From Eledone cirrhosa (lineage: Eukaryota): 64,000 nucleotides of DNA. A program made the translations under genes and the position numbers. The notes below the pieces were generated by a model. That model was not told where the DNA came from. It ran no database searches and worked only from the letters and a program-made list of their open reading frames with translations. Shown here piece after piece: positions 29,057 to 41,925 of this stretch; the first letter of the stretch is position 1, and each line of letters begins with the position of its first letter. The stretch spans positions 259,036,001 through 259,100,000 of the forward strand of contig OZ024740.1 of NCBI GenBank assembly GCA_964016885.1. Direction: 5' to 3'.

Positions 29057-30372
29057 TCTAGCATAGTTACGTCCCTTTACAGTCTCAGTTAAAATCCCGC
29101 CGAGGTTAACTTTGCCTTTCATCCTTACGGGGTCGATAACATAAAGTACCAGTAATGTCCTGGGTAATTGCTGGCCTTGTGCCTAAAGTAGAAACAATTA
29201 TATTTTTCATCTGTTTAGTCATTTCTCTGCTGTCATTCCGAGGCACCACAGTCACGGGTTTTGGGTCAACCATATAAATTTCGGTAAAATACGAAATACT
29301 TTTTTTTATTTTTTGTGCTGAAATTAGAATAAATTATTATTATAAAACCATCGAAACTGTTTTCACTTGACTTAAGAACATACCTGCTTGATATTAATTG
29401 TTTCTGATTTAAGCCCAAGGCCAACGATTTTAGGGGAGGGGAAAGTCGATTAAATCGACACAGTGCGTGACTGGTACTTTATTTAATGAAAAGAATGAAA
29501 GGCAAAGCTAACATTGTTGGGATTTGAACTCAGAACGTAAAGGGCCGTAACTCTATGATGCAGAGCATATTGTCCGAAGAACTACTGATACTGCCAATCC
29601 ACCGCCCTCATCGGCCTGATAATAATTGTTTGTACTTTTGGCACAAGGCCAGCAAATTACCCAGTGTATTACTGGTACTTTATTTTATCGACCCCGTAAG
29701 GATGAAAGGCAAAGTTAACCTCAGCGGGATTTGAACTTAGAATGGCAACGGCCGCAACTCAATGCGTCAAAGCATGGCGTCCGACCCTCTACCGATACTG
29801 CCAATCCACCACCCTTATAATAATAGCAACACTCTAGCTTCATTAGTTACGGTGCACTAAGTTGTATAATGGCCCTGCTACTCTTAATTGATAACAATAT
29901 ATTTATGGACCCGTAAATGCGGATGATGTTGTAAGGGTGACATAGTGACATACAGCGTTTCTAGCGCAATTTTTAAAATCTGGCGGAGCGCACCTCTCAA
30001 GGTCTGAATACAGTAGAATTTTTCTTGAGAGAGTGAGACTAAGGAAGTGAGAAATACATATAGACAGAGAATCAACCCTAGTACATCACTGGTACTTTTT
30101 TTATCGGCATTGAATGGAAAACACATCTAGCATATTAATAATATAATATTATTATATTATTATTATTATAACATTATATAAGGGCGGTGGATTGGCAGTA
30201 TCGGTAGAGGGTCGGACGCCATGCTTTCCAGCATAGTTACGTCCCTTTACGATCTGAGTTCAAATCCCGCCGAGGTTGACTTTGCCTTTCATCCTTACGG
30301 GGTCGATAAAATAAAGTACCAGTAATGCACTGGGTAATTTGCTGGCCTTGTGCCTAAAGTAGAAACAATTAT
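29057..30372. mobile_element. Cluster of four type 1 SINE copies: 29057-29200(+), 29395-29608(-), 29620-29816(-), 30180-30372(+)
   Basis: Shared ttgcctttcatccttacggggtcgata core or its reverse complement; 30180 copy has ggcggtggattggcagtatcggtagag head and gagttcaaatccc B-box. Confidence 0.8.
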
Positions 30373-30456
30373 TATATTATTATTATTATTCACTCACGAA
30401 TACATTTAGGTATCCAGCGTGTTAAGAGCAAAAATAATTTTTGTTTTTCCCATATA

Positions 30457-31463
30457 TCTCTCTATATATAAAATTCTTTGTCTCTCTCTGTCTCTTGGTC
30501 TGTCTGTTCCTATGCATTCTCAAACGGCTGGACCAAATCAAATCAAATTTTACAAGGTATTAGACCCCGGGAATGTCAACAAGTAATTTTTATTTTCATT
30601 TGGATTCAATCAATATAATATTTTATCTAAAAAAACATTTCTATAGTGAACTATAGTAAACCCCCACGACTACGATGACGTCATATTGTATATGAGTGTG
30701 TAGTGTCTGAGTGTGTGTGTGTGTGTTTCCGAATTCGTTACTACGTAAGCTGCATACACATTATCTTCACACACAGATAATTAAACACACACACATACAT
30801 CTACACATACAGATACATATGTGATGACAGACAGGTGTGCGTGAATGTATGTCTGTTTGTGTCAGTCTTAGTATATTTATGTGAAAGTGTATGTGTGTGT
30901 AAGTGTATGTCTGAGTGTATGTGTGTGTGAGTGTATGTATGAGTGTATGTGAGTGTATGTGTGATCATTTTTATTTTCATTTGCATGAAAACAATAGAAA
31001 ACAACACACCGATGTCACATTTTGTATATAAATATTATGTGTCTGTGAGTGTGTGCGTTCGTGTTCATTAGGTGCGTGATTAAATACACACACAACTCTA
31101 CACATATGTAGCAACTGACCAAAAATGTGGTGAAAAGCTATGCTTGTGTCTGAGTGAATGTATGTCTGTGTGTGTCTGTCTTAATATATGTATATGAGAG
31201 TGTATGTGTGTGAGTGTGTAGCAACAATTTATTCATTTGGACACTGACAAAAAATTACACATTGAATATTGTTTACCCTAAGGTGTTTCAAGATTGACAG
31301 ATTTTCCTTTCTAAATCCTATTACCAATGTTGATGTTTTTTTAAAATAAAATATAGATATTTTGCAATAATTATGAGAGAAAAAAAACATATCTTCCAGT
31401 TTATTGTTTACTAATCTGAATAAGAACAGCAATAACCCAGGCAACACCGGGTAATTCAGCCAG
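30457..31463 (+). mobile_element. Non-autonomous Helitron-like element
   Basis: 5' TC-tatatataaa start, 3' cccaggcaacaccggg hairpin then ccag|t (CTAG variant). Confidence 0.6.
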
Positions 31464-31643
<180 letters not shown>

Positions 31644-31818
31644 TGTATGTATTTATGTATGTATGTATGTATGTATGTATGTATGTATGTATGTATATAT
31701 ATATACATATAAATATATATATATGCATCTAAATATATATATGCATCTAAATATCTATATATATATACACACATGCACACCCATATATATATAGAGAGAG
31801 ATATCTAAAGATATTACA

Positions 31819-31852
<34 letters not shown>

Positions 31853-31906
31853 AACAAATCCATATACACATAAATATATAAATGTGTGTGTGTGAGTGTG
31901 TATTTG

Positions 31907-31973
<67 letters not shown>

Positions 31974-32531
31974 TATGTATATATAGATGTGCTCTTTTAA
32001 GTTTCTCCAAGACAACTCTGTTGTAATATTCAGAAAAGGTAATTACCTTTTTTTCTACTCCGCTCCATCCTCGACCCTCCCCAATCACCATAGTTCTTAT
32101 CAGGTGAAGCATCATAATAATGTCCCGGTGTTCGTTCTGCACGTGGTCGCTGTAGATTAAACAACAGTTCTTTCTCTCCCCCCCCCCCTCCCGCGCTCTC
32201 TGTCTCTCTTTCTCTCTGTATGCGTATCGGTGTGTACATGTGTGAGAGAGTGTGTATATGTGTATGGTTGTGTGTGTGTGTTCGTAAGAATTTTCGGGGG
32301 TGGGGGAGTGGAGGGAATGGTTGTGTGTGTGTGCATGTGTGGGTGTGTACATAAGAATGTGTGTATACTCCCCTAAATCTATTGGCCTATTTACTTTACC
32401 GTCATCTTGTCATCTCTTCTATATCTTCCAACCCACATTCTTCTCTTGCCCCGCCTCCACCTTAGTTTTCTACTTTCACTTTCGCTTTAGCTATGCACAT
32501 AGACGCATACATATTAATATATATACATATC

Positions 32532-32599
<68 letters not shown>

Positions 32600-32889
32600 C
32601 AAATAACGAAACGAAATTAAATTTCGTTTCGTTTGTAACTCACTTTTGTATGACTGACGCTTAAACAATTAAGTTAAAGATGTACATCCATATATGTATA
32701 CTGAAATACTAGTATGTATATGAATACACACACGTATACATATGTAGGTGTACCAAGTTTTTTCACTGGTCACTTTACTGTGAGTGGCCAGCTATTCTGT
32801 ATGTAAACACACAGACAAACCGGTTTTTAGAGTCATACTGGTTTTTGAGGAAACACCTCTCCTCTATTCTCCAGTACATGACTGACGCT

Positions 32890-33196
32890 CTGTCGGTTGC
32901 GACGCCGAGTTTTCCAGTTGATCCGATCAACGGAACAGCCTGTTCATGAAGTTAACGTGCAAGTGGCTGAGCATTCCACAGACATGAGTACCCTTTACGT
33001 ACTTCTCAGAGAAATTCACCATGATATAGAATGTTTCAAGGCTGGCGAATTACAGGTACTACTCATTTTTGCCAGCTGAGTTGACTGGAGCAACGTGAAA
33101 TAAAGTGTCTTGCTCAAGGACACAACACGCCACCGGCAATCGAACCCACGACCTTAAGACTGTGAGCCGAATACCCTAACCACAGAACCACGCGCA
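32890..33196 (-). mobile_element. SINE (type 2), near full length
   Basis: gactggagcaacgtgaaataaagtgtcttgctcaaggacacaac...atcgaacccacgacc (B-box reverse complement). Confidence 0.75.
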
Positions 33197-33324
33197 TTCG
33201 GTTATATACATATATACATGCATATTACGTACATACTTACAGACAGACAGGCAGACAGACATATATATACCTACAGATGATATATATACATATATACATA
33301 TATGGTGGCTGCCAACTCATTTTC

Positions 33325-33888
33325 GAGTACGGCCACTACTTTATATCCATGTAGGAGAACCCTTACCGATGCGCTGAACGAGTGTGACTTTTTAGTCCAG
33401 CCAGCGACTTGAAAACTCTGGTACAAACACTACACTTGCGACAATTATTGACACATAGTGCTGGGCCCATGGTACCATGTGACGACAAGTGCAGAGAGAT
33501 CTCCAGATATAAAGCAATGCCTGTGCCGTGAAGCTTTTATAGTGAGCAAAGGCACTGCACAAAGCCAGTCCCACTCTCTTAACCAAGATGATATTTACCA
33601 AAAAGAAGAACAAGTCAACATCATTGGTAACATGTATCCCAGTACAACCTGTCTGATGGTCGGGTCGTTGGCGACTAAACTGGCAACCCCACCAAGGTTT
33701 CTTGGTGAGGAGGGTGACTTTGGACATCCTGCAGGACTGAAAACAAAACCTGTCAAAGGGCAAAGGAGCTCTTAAGAGTCAATGGCCATCCAAAATCACC
33801 GGGAGAGATGACCACTTAGCCTTTGTCAAGGCAGAATTCTAGGAGAAGGAAAACTCTGACATAACACCTGCAACCCTGATGGCATCCA
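33325..33888 (+). mobile_element. Probable RTE-type 5'UTR fragment with HDV-like ribozyme candidate
   Basis: ctaggagaaggaaaactctga and ctggcaaccccacc recall RTE 5' regions; ccagt...gg-gtcgttggcga-CTAA-actgg fits part of the HDV-like topology. Confidence 0.45.
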
Positions 33889-34177
33889 ATATACATATAT
33901 ACATACATACATATATGATTACAAACATACATACATATACACATACAGATGATATACCCACGTACACACATACAACTACCTATGTGTATATATATATATG
34001 ATGACTACAACTCGATTTCGAGTAATGCCATCGCTTGATACTTAAGCATGAGCATCACGGACTAGGGACTTTCCTATGGCCAGCAATACCATGCATCGTA
34101 AAAATGTCACATATCAAGCGATGCTTGTGCTTGAAGCTTTTTTTTAAGTGAGGAAAGGCTTTGCACGAGGCCAATCC

Positions 34178-34225
<48 letters not shown>

Positions 34226-34233
<8 letters not shown>

Positions 34234-34582
34234 AAGCACATACGTATTTACGTACACACGCTCACGCATATTTCTAGATCCATACATACAAAATCCCTAT
34301 ATGTATAAATATGTATGCCTGTGTGCCTGTGTGTATGTTTCAAAAAGTCATACTTCACATAGACATACCACATACAAACGGATACATATTGTAGGAGCAG
34401 GCATGTTTATGTGGTTAAGAACTTCGCTTTGCGGCGACATGGTTCAGGATTCAGATCCCCTCCGCGGTATGTTGATGTGTGTGAGTGTGTTTATGTACGT
34501 GTGTATACCTGTGTGTGAGAGTGTGGGGCCCTGCTCCCCATACCGCTGTCACATTTGCCACTACATCACCATCACCACTTTC
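34226..34582 (+). repeat. ~355-bp direct duplication, copy 1 (copy 2 at 37381-37740)
   Basis: Near-identical atatcgataagcacatacg...tcaccatcaccactttcc, both preceded by (TA)n. Confidence 0.92.
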
Positions 34583-34796
34583 CGTGGGCCCAACGGTCAA
34601 TCCCTCCGAGTCCAGGAATTCCTTCCGCTGCACCTCCTCCAGCCTTGTCTACACGCTCCACTGCACGTTATGTGATATTGCTTACATCGGACAGACAGGG
34701 TGTAGATTAGCAAACCAGTTCGCCGAGCACCTCCGCGACATCCGGCTCGGCAGCCTGTCACCAGTCGCCCAACACTTCCGATCCACCTCACCGTGA
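34520..34796 (+). pseudogene. GIY-YIG endonuclease fragment of a Neptune-like PLE
   Basis: SFRCTSSSLVYTLHCTLCDIAYIGQTGCRLANQFAEHLRDI...PVAQHF. Confidence 0.85.
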
Positions 34797-35199
34797 CTGT
34801 TTTTTTCCACTGGACTATGACTGTATTGCATATCGCAATATGCATGTCTGTATGCGTTTGTTTATATACTCTTTACCTTCATTTTTACATATATTTTTAA
34901 TCTCTCACCGGACTATAAACGTATTTGAAATCACGATATGCATGTGTGTATTTGTGTGCATATAGGTATGTATATATGTATGTATGTATATATATATATA
35001 TATGTATTTATATATGTGTGTATATATGTGTGTGTGTGTGTATGTGTATATATGTAGATAAGTGTGTGTATTTACCTTGGTTTTACATATAGTCCTTTCA
35101 CTAAGTATTCTTTCTTCTCACTATATCTCCATTGTTAATTCATGTGATGAAAGATATTAATTATATGTTTGTTTTAATTAGCACGTTCCGTACTTTAAG

Positions 35200-35241
<42 letters not shown>

Positions 35242-35403
35242 ATACTTGGGGAGGGTCATATTGTTGTAATAATATTGCCAGAAATAATAACAGAACAGAC
35301 TCACTGTTTGGTTGGTTTTCGCCTCTGTATCTTTTATATCTCCATAGTTAATTTATTTGGCAATCAATGTTTATCATTGATTGACCAACGGTTAAAAATA
35401 CAG

Positions 35404-35433
<30 letters not shown>

Positions 35434-35434
<1 letters not shown>

Positions 35435-35634
35435 ACGAAGGAAATGTGGTAAGGAACCAGGTGGACCATAACGCACCAAAGTACTCAATACTTGAGGTAG
35501 TAGAGTGGGTAATAGGAACCAGTAAGACCCCGACAGCTGAGCTAAAGCCGTTTCGACGGCTAATTCTGGACTAAATTTAGTCCAGAATTAGCCGTCGAAA
35601 CGGCTTGAGCTCAGCTGTCGGGGTCTTACTGGTT

Positions 35635-35639
<5 letters not shown>
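35434..35639. mobile_element. Family A fold-back mini-element (palindrome 35512-35639) nested in a (TA)n tract inside family B
   Basis: Matches 5768-5910 then folds back at ctaaa|tttag; TA runs on both sides. Confidence 0.9.
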
Positions 35640-35677
<38 letters not shown>

Positions 35678-36297
35678 GATCAAAGTTCTTTCGTTGCATA
35701 TCTGTAACATCATCAGTGGTACTATTATCATGTTCCCTCCTATTGTATTGCATTGTAATGTTTGCGCCATTTTTATTTTATTTATTTATTTATTTATTTT
35801 TGTCTCCGTCTTTGCGCATGCGTTTGCGTGTGTGTATAACGTTTGGTATGTGTGTTTTGGTTTTTGTGTTCTATCTTTGTTTAGTGTGTGTTTATTTGTG
35901 TTTGTTGTCATTGTGCTTGTGTATATAGTTAGACAACATAGAAACATGTAATATACACAACATAGAAATTAAAATAATATCTAAACATGGAAATGACCCA
36001 ACAGGTAGGCAAATCAGAGAAGCAAGTGAAATAGAGCTTAGAAAACCGAAGTTAAGCAGAAAAAACGAATTGAATAACAACAACAACAACACCCAAACAA
36101 ACAATACTGACTTAAGGGAAATATAAATAGATGAATAAATAAATATACACACAAGTACAATAACAACAAACACATATAAACACTCACTAGTAAACAAAGA
36201 TAGAACACAAAAACAAAAACACATACACTCAAACGCGAACACACACACCAAACATTATACACACACGCAAACGCATGCGCAAAGGCGGAGACAAAGA

Positions 36298-36348
<51 letters not shown>

Positions 36349-36400
36349 AATAAAAATGGCGTAAACATTACAATGCAATACAATAGGAAGGAACATGATA

Positions 36401-36454
36401 ATAGTACCACTGATGATGTTACAGATATGCAACGAAAGAACTTTGATCGACTAT
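36401..36454 (+). ncRNA. Minimal hammerhead motif of family B (mirror copy ~35672-35725 minus)
   Basis: acca-CTGATGA-t-gttaca/tgcaac-GAAA-gaac-TT-tgat. Confidence 0.6.
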
Positions 36455-36614
36455 ATATATATATCTATATTTTTAACCGTTGGTCAGTCATGATAAACAT
36501 TGATGGCCAAATAGATTAACTATGGAGATATAAAAGAAAACCAACCAAACAGTGACTGTGTTTTGTTATTATTTCTGGCAATATTATTAGAACAACATGA
36601 CCCTCCCCAAGTAT

Positions 36615-36675
<61 letters not shown>

Positions 36676-37336
36676 AGTTAATATAAATTAATATATTTGA
36701 TAAACACAAATACCAACATATCCGTGTTTGTATTGTAAAAGACTAAGTTAGCTAGATTAAAAAATACTAATTATAATAATACAGTTTGCCTGTCTCGATT
36801 TAAAATAATAAATCAATAAAAACAAAGCATATTGGCAAATGGCCGTGGTGCTTGGACAAATTTAAATTTCAAAATGAAACCTGTTCCGTAGACAGGTTTA
36901 GACCTTTATATATATATATATAACCTACTTCAATGAAAATGTTAACTACTAATTTTCATTTTCCAATCTTAAGGTCAATAGTAATTTGAAATGTGTAAAA
37001 TTAATATCTGGACCTTAGAATTTAAGTTCATACGTTGGCAGGGCTTGCTAAATGCTCCAGTCTGGGAATAAATATATTTCGTTACTAATCCATGGGATAC
37101 TAGATAATATTTACTTGAGGGGTATTTAGATTATCACATATTCTCTACTTTGTATTCTTTATTTCAATCAAAATTTTAAATTTCTGATGTTCAATTAATG
37201 TTCATTGCGAGAAAGTAATATCTAAACCCTCCTAATAAAATATTGTTCTGCTGGCGGCTGACAGTCAATTATATTGTCCAAGCTGAACTGTCAGGGTGGT
37301 ATTAAACTCGATCAAGACTAGGAGTCTCTTGCTCCA

Positions 37337-37380
<44 letters not shown>

Positions 37381-37388
<8 letters not shown>

Positions 37389-37740
37389 AAGCACATACGT
37401 ATTTACGTACACACGCTCACGCATATTTCTAGATCCATACATACAAAATCACTATATGTATAAATATGTATGCCTGTGTGCCTGTGTGTATGTTTCAAAA
37501 AGTCATACTTCACATAGACATACCACATACAAACGGATACATATTGTAGGAGCAGGCATGTTTATGTGGTTAAGAACTTCGCTTTGCGGCGACATGGTTC
37601 AGGATTCAGATCCCCTCCGCGGTATGTTGGTGTGTGTGTGTGTGCGTGTGTGTGTGTGTTTATGTACGTGCGTGAGATTGTGGGTCCCTGCTCCCTATCC
37701 CGCTGTCACACTTGCCATTACATCACCATCACCACTTTCC
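37381..37740 (+). repeat. ~355-bp direct duplication, copy 2
   Basis: See 34226-34582. Confidence 0.92.
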
Positions 37741-38026
37741 GAGAATCATAGTCTTCCCCTACCACACGTCCGAAATAGCCTGCCGTACCAATAGAGATGG
37801 CTAGCATGAACTCTGTGAACGTTCAATGAAGGGGAGGGGGAACTTGCGTAGGACTGGGCTGCTGTGGTCTTTTGGGGATGTATTGTTTTACGCCTGCGCA
37901 CAGTCGTAGGAACTGATTGAAGCTCATAGGGGAACGGGTGATCGCTTCAAAGACTCCATGTTTGTCCGGTCCCTTGCCACTTCGAACTTGAATTACCTAA
38001 TAAAAGTAACCTTATTGTGTAAGAAA

Positions 38027-38100
38027 CTGTCTGATGAGATCATGACAGGATTTAACATGGAATTACGTGGCCTCTGCTGTCATCGAAATATACATAACGG
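38027..38100 (+). ncRNA. Minimal type I hammerhead motif, predicted cleavage after AUA at 38096
   Basis: ctgt-CTGATGA-gat(cat)gacag...ctgtcatc-GAAA-tatac-ATA-acgg; stem I ctgt/acgg. Confidence 0.65.
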
Positions 38101-38237
38101 CCTTTCAATAGAGGGATTTTGACATCTAAACTACTTTGTATTTCATTATTCTGTAAATACTCCGTCATTCTTATGCGGATAAAGTACGTTGAGTTCTTGA
38201 ATGTAATTGTATCAATATTTTATTGTGTATATTTATT

Positions 38238-38340
<103 letters not shown>

Positions 38341-39064
38341 AATCGTATTTTATGATCATTGGGAGAATTATGAATTTTGAATTTAGTCTAGCTTAACGTT
38401 AACAACTTCCCGGCAAGTTTTTTTACTATGAAAAATAAAAGAGGAAAAATTAACTTTCAGGGCCATGCTGTTAAGGGCTTCCATATGAGTTCCGGCTGCG
38501 CCTTTAATAAGCAATAGAATCCAGTGATATCAGGTATGTGATGGTGGTGGTGGTTGTGGTAGTGGTTGTGGTGATGTTTGTGGTGATGGTGGTGGTACTG
38601 ATGGTGGAGATGATGGTGGTGGAGGTGGTAGCAGCGAATGGGGGTACGACAGCAGTGGTGTTGCTGAGGAAGTGATGGTGGTGGTGGTTGAGTGATAGCG
38701 GCAGATTAGTGCTTAATTAGCTGTGCCGTGCATTGCCTTAATTACATATGCCACCAAATGCTAATGAGTGACAAACAAATGATTTATTAACAAAAACGAC
38801 GTTAAGGACTAACACCCACCCTATGTCTTGTTTTCTTCTCATCCTCCCTCTCATCCTACTAGACCTACTTCTTCTCCTCCCCCTCCTTCACCTCCTCCTT
38901 CACCTACTTTTCCTTTTCTTCTTTTTCTTTATTCTTTTTATCCTCCTCCTTTTTCTTCTACCTCTACCCCTCCTTTCTTCTCACCCTCCTCCTCTAACCT
39001 CACTTTCACTCAAATTCCCAATTAAAGTTATTGTTGTTGTTATTGGGGTGGAGGTGTAAGGATT

Positions 39065-40930
39065 ATAGTGGTATTTGTGGTGGTGTGGTTGGTAGTGGTG
39101 GAGGTGGTAGTGGTGGTGGTGGAGGTGGTTGTGGTAGGGGGGGTGGGGGGTAGTGGTGGAGGTGGTAGTGGTGGTGGTGGAGGTGGTTGTGGTAGTGAGG
39201 GGGGGGGGGGGTAGTGGTGGAGAGGGTTGTGGCGGAGGGGGGTGGCGGTTTCTGGCTCGTAGTGGTGCTGTTGGTGGTGATGGTGGTGATGGTGGTGGTG
39301 GTGGTGATGGTGGTTGTGGTGGCTATGGTGGTGGTGGTGGTAGTGGTTGTGGTGGCGATGGTGGTGGCGATGGTGGTGGTGGTGGTGGTGTTGTGGTGGT
39401 GGTGGTGGTTGTGGTGGTGATGGTGGTGGTGGTGGTGGTCGTTGTGGTGGTGCAGGTAGGGGTGGTGGTGGTTGTGGTGGTGATGGTGGTGGTGGTGGTG
39501 GTGGTTGTGGTGGTGCAGGTAGGGGTGGTGGTGGTTGTGGTGGTGATGGTGGTGGTGGTGGTGGTGGTTGTGGTGGTGCAGGTAGGGGTGGTGGTGTGGC
39601 GGGTAGGGGTGGGGGTATGGTGGTGGTGGTGGCGGTGATGGTGGTGGTGGTGGTGGTGGTGGTACTGGTAGGGGTGGTGGTGTGGCTGGTAGGAGTGGTG
39701 GTGGTGGTGGTGGTTGTGGTGGTGGTGGTGGTGGTTGTGGTGGTGGTGGTGGTTGTGGTGTTGTGGTGGTGATGGTGGTCTGTGGTGGTTGTGGTGGTGG
39801 TGGTGGTGGTGGTTGTGGTGGTGGTGTTGTGGTGGTGATGGTGGTGGTGGTGGTTGTGGTTGTGGTGGTGGTGGTGGTGGTGGTGGTGGTGGTTGTGGTG
39901 GTGATGGTGGTGGTGGTGGTGGTGGTGGTGGTGGTGGTGGTTGTGGTGGTGATGGTGGTGCTGGTGGTGGTGGTTGTGGTGGTGCTGGTAGGGGTGGTGG
40001 TGTGGCTGGTATTGGTGGTGATGGTGGTGGTTATGGTGGTGGTGGTTGTGGCGGTGGTGGTTGTGGTGGTGGTGGTTATAGTGATGGGGGTTGTGGTGGT
40101 GGTGGTGGTTGTGGTGGTGGTGGTTATGGTGGTAGTAGTGGTTGAGGTGGTGGCGGTTGTGGTGGTGGTTATGGTGGTAGTAGTGGTTGAGGTGGTGGCG
40201 GTTGTGGTGGTGGTTATGGTGGTAGTAGTGGTTGAGGTGGTGGCGGTTGTGGTGGTGGTTATGGTGGTAGTAGTGGTTGAGGTGGTGGCGGTTGTGGTGG
40301 TGGTTATGGTGGTAGTAGTGGTTGAGGTGGTGGCGGTTGTGGTGGTGGTTATGGTGGTAGTAGTGGTTGAGGTGGTGGCGGTTGTGGTGGTGGTTATGGT
40401 GGTAGTAGTGGTTGAGGTGGTGGCGGTTGTGGTGGTGGTTATGGTGGTGGTTATGGTGGTTGTGGTTGAGGTGGTGTGGCTGGTAGTGGTGGTACTGAAG
40501 GTGGTGGTTGTGGTGGTGGTGGTTGCGGTGGTGGTGGTGGTGGTTATGGTGGTAGTAGTGGTTGAGGTGGTGGCGGTTGTGGTGGTGGTTATGGTGGTTG
40601 TGGTTGAGGTGGTGTGGCTGGTAGTGGTGGTACTGAAGGTGGTGGTTGTGGTGGTTGCGGTGGTGGTGGTGGTGGTTATGGTGGTGGTGGTTGTGGCGGT
40701 GGTGGTTATGGTGGTGGTGGTTATAGTGGTGGGGGTTGTGGTGGTTGTGGTGGTGGTGGTGGTGGTCATGGTGGTGGTGGTTGAGGTGGTGTGGCTGGTA
40801 GTGGTGGTAGTGGTTGTGGTGGTAGTAGGGTGCAAGGCAAAGCTGGTAGTGGGGGGGGGGGGGGCTGGAGGTGCAAAAAATGATGGTATGGGGAGCTGGT
40901 AGTGGTGGTGGTGGTGGTGGTGGCGGGTGT
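39065..40930. repeat. (GGT)n-derived array with a higher-order 45-bp unit (~7 copies, ~40124-40440)
   Basis: gttatggtggtagtagtggttgaggtggtggcggttgtggtggtg repeated exactly. Confidence 0.92.
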
Positions 40931-41874
40931 TGTGATTCCTGTTAGTGACGATGGTGCAGAGTAATGATGCAATGGTCGCTGTTTTTGTTACTTTTGCTTT
41001 ATTATTGTTACGACAGTTGTTGTGGTGCTAGTTTTTGTTGTGTTTTTTGCTGTGGTTGTTATTGTTGTTGTCGTCGTTGTTGTTGTTATTATGGCTGTAG
41101 ATATTACTTTTGCTTTATTGTTGTTACTACGGTTGTTGTTGTTGTTGTTGCTGTGATTGTTATTGTCGTCGACGTCATTGTTGTTGTTACGGCTGTCGCT
41201 AGTCCCAAATTAGTTTCGTTAATACTGCTTAAAATATGGATATACATACACATATGTAGCTTAGTGGTTAGGGTGTTTGGTTTACGATCGTAGGATCGGG
41301 TATTCGGCTCCAGACGGCACGACACATTATTTCACATTGCTCCAATCCAGCCATCACTAAAAGTTGATTTGTATCTATAATTCGAAGGGCATGTTGTGTC
41401 ACACGCAGTGTCACGCTGAACCTCCCTGAGAGTTACGTTATGTGTACATGTATCTTTAGGCGGCGAAAGTCCAAATCCCGCCGAGGTCTACTTTGCCTTT
41501 CATTCATTTAAGGTCGATAAAAAAAGTACCAGTCAAACACTCGGGTCGGTTCTTCTCCTATATCTCTTCCTCAATTCCTCTCTCTCCCACTTTCTATCCT
41601 TCTCTGGAAGAATTCTGCTGTATTCAGACCGGGAAAGGAGATGAGCTCTGCCAGCTTTGAAAAATGCCCTAGACACGCCGTATTTCAATATGGTGCCCCT
41701 ACGACTACCTCAAAAATTACGGGACCATACATACATGTATCTATGGGATGTTCAGCCAACTACACTTTAATGTCATATGCAAGCTGTTCCATTGATTGAA
41801 TCAAGTGGAGCGCTCGTCGTCGGAGTCGACGGAAGTCCAAAAACATATACAAACTGACGTGCGCACACACATAC

Positions 41875-41925
<51 letters not shown>

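Larger units (their letters stand above)
35237..36620. mobile_element. Family B PLE 3' ends as an inverted pair (35237-35925 minus, interrupted; 35930-36620 plus)
   Basis: ttgttatacttggggagggtcat at 35237 and its reverse complement ending 36620; body similar to 58261-58930. Confidence 0.85.

Noticed and set aside
30180-30270. tRNA gene
   Set aside because: A/B-box-like motifs belong to a multi-copy SINE head; no cloverleaf
39063-40835. 590-aa Thr/Pro/His-rich mucin-like ORF
   Set aside because: (ACC)n repeats lack stops in all frames, the composition shifts with frame (T, P, H), the start is non-ATG, and no domain or splice support is visible
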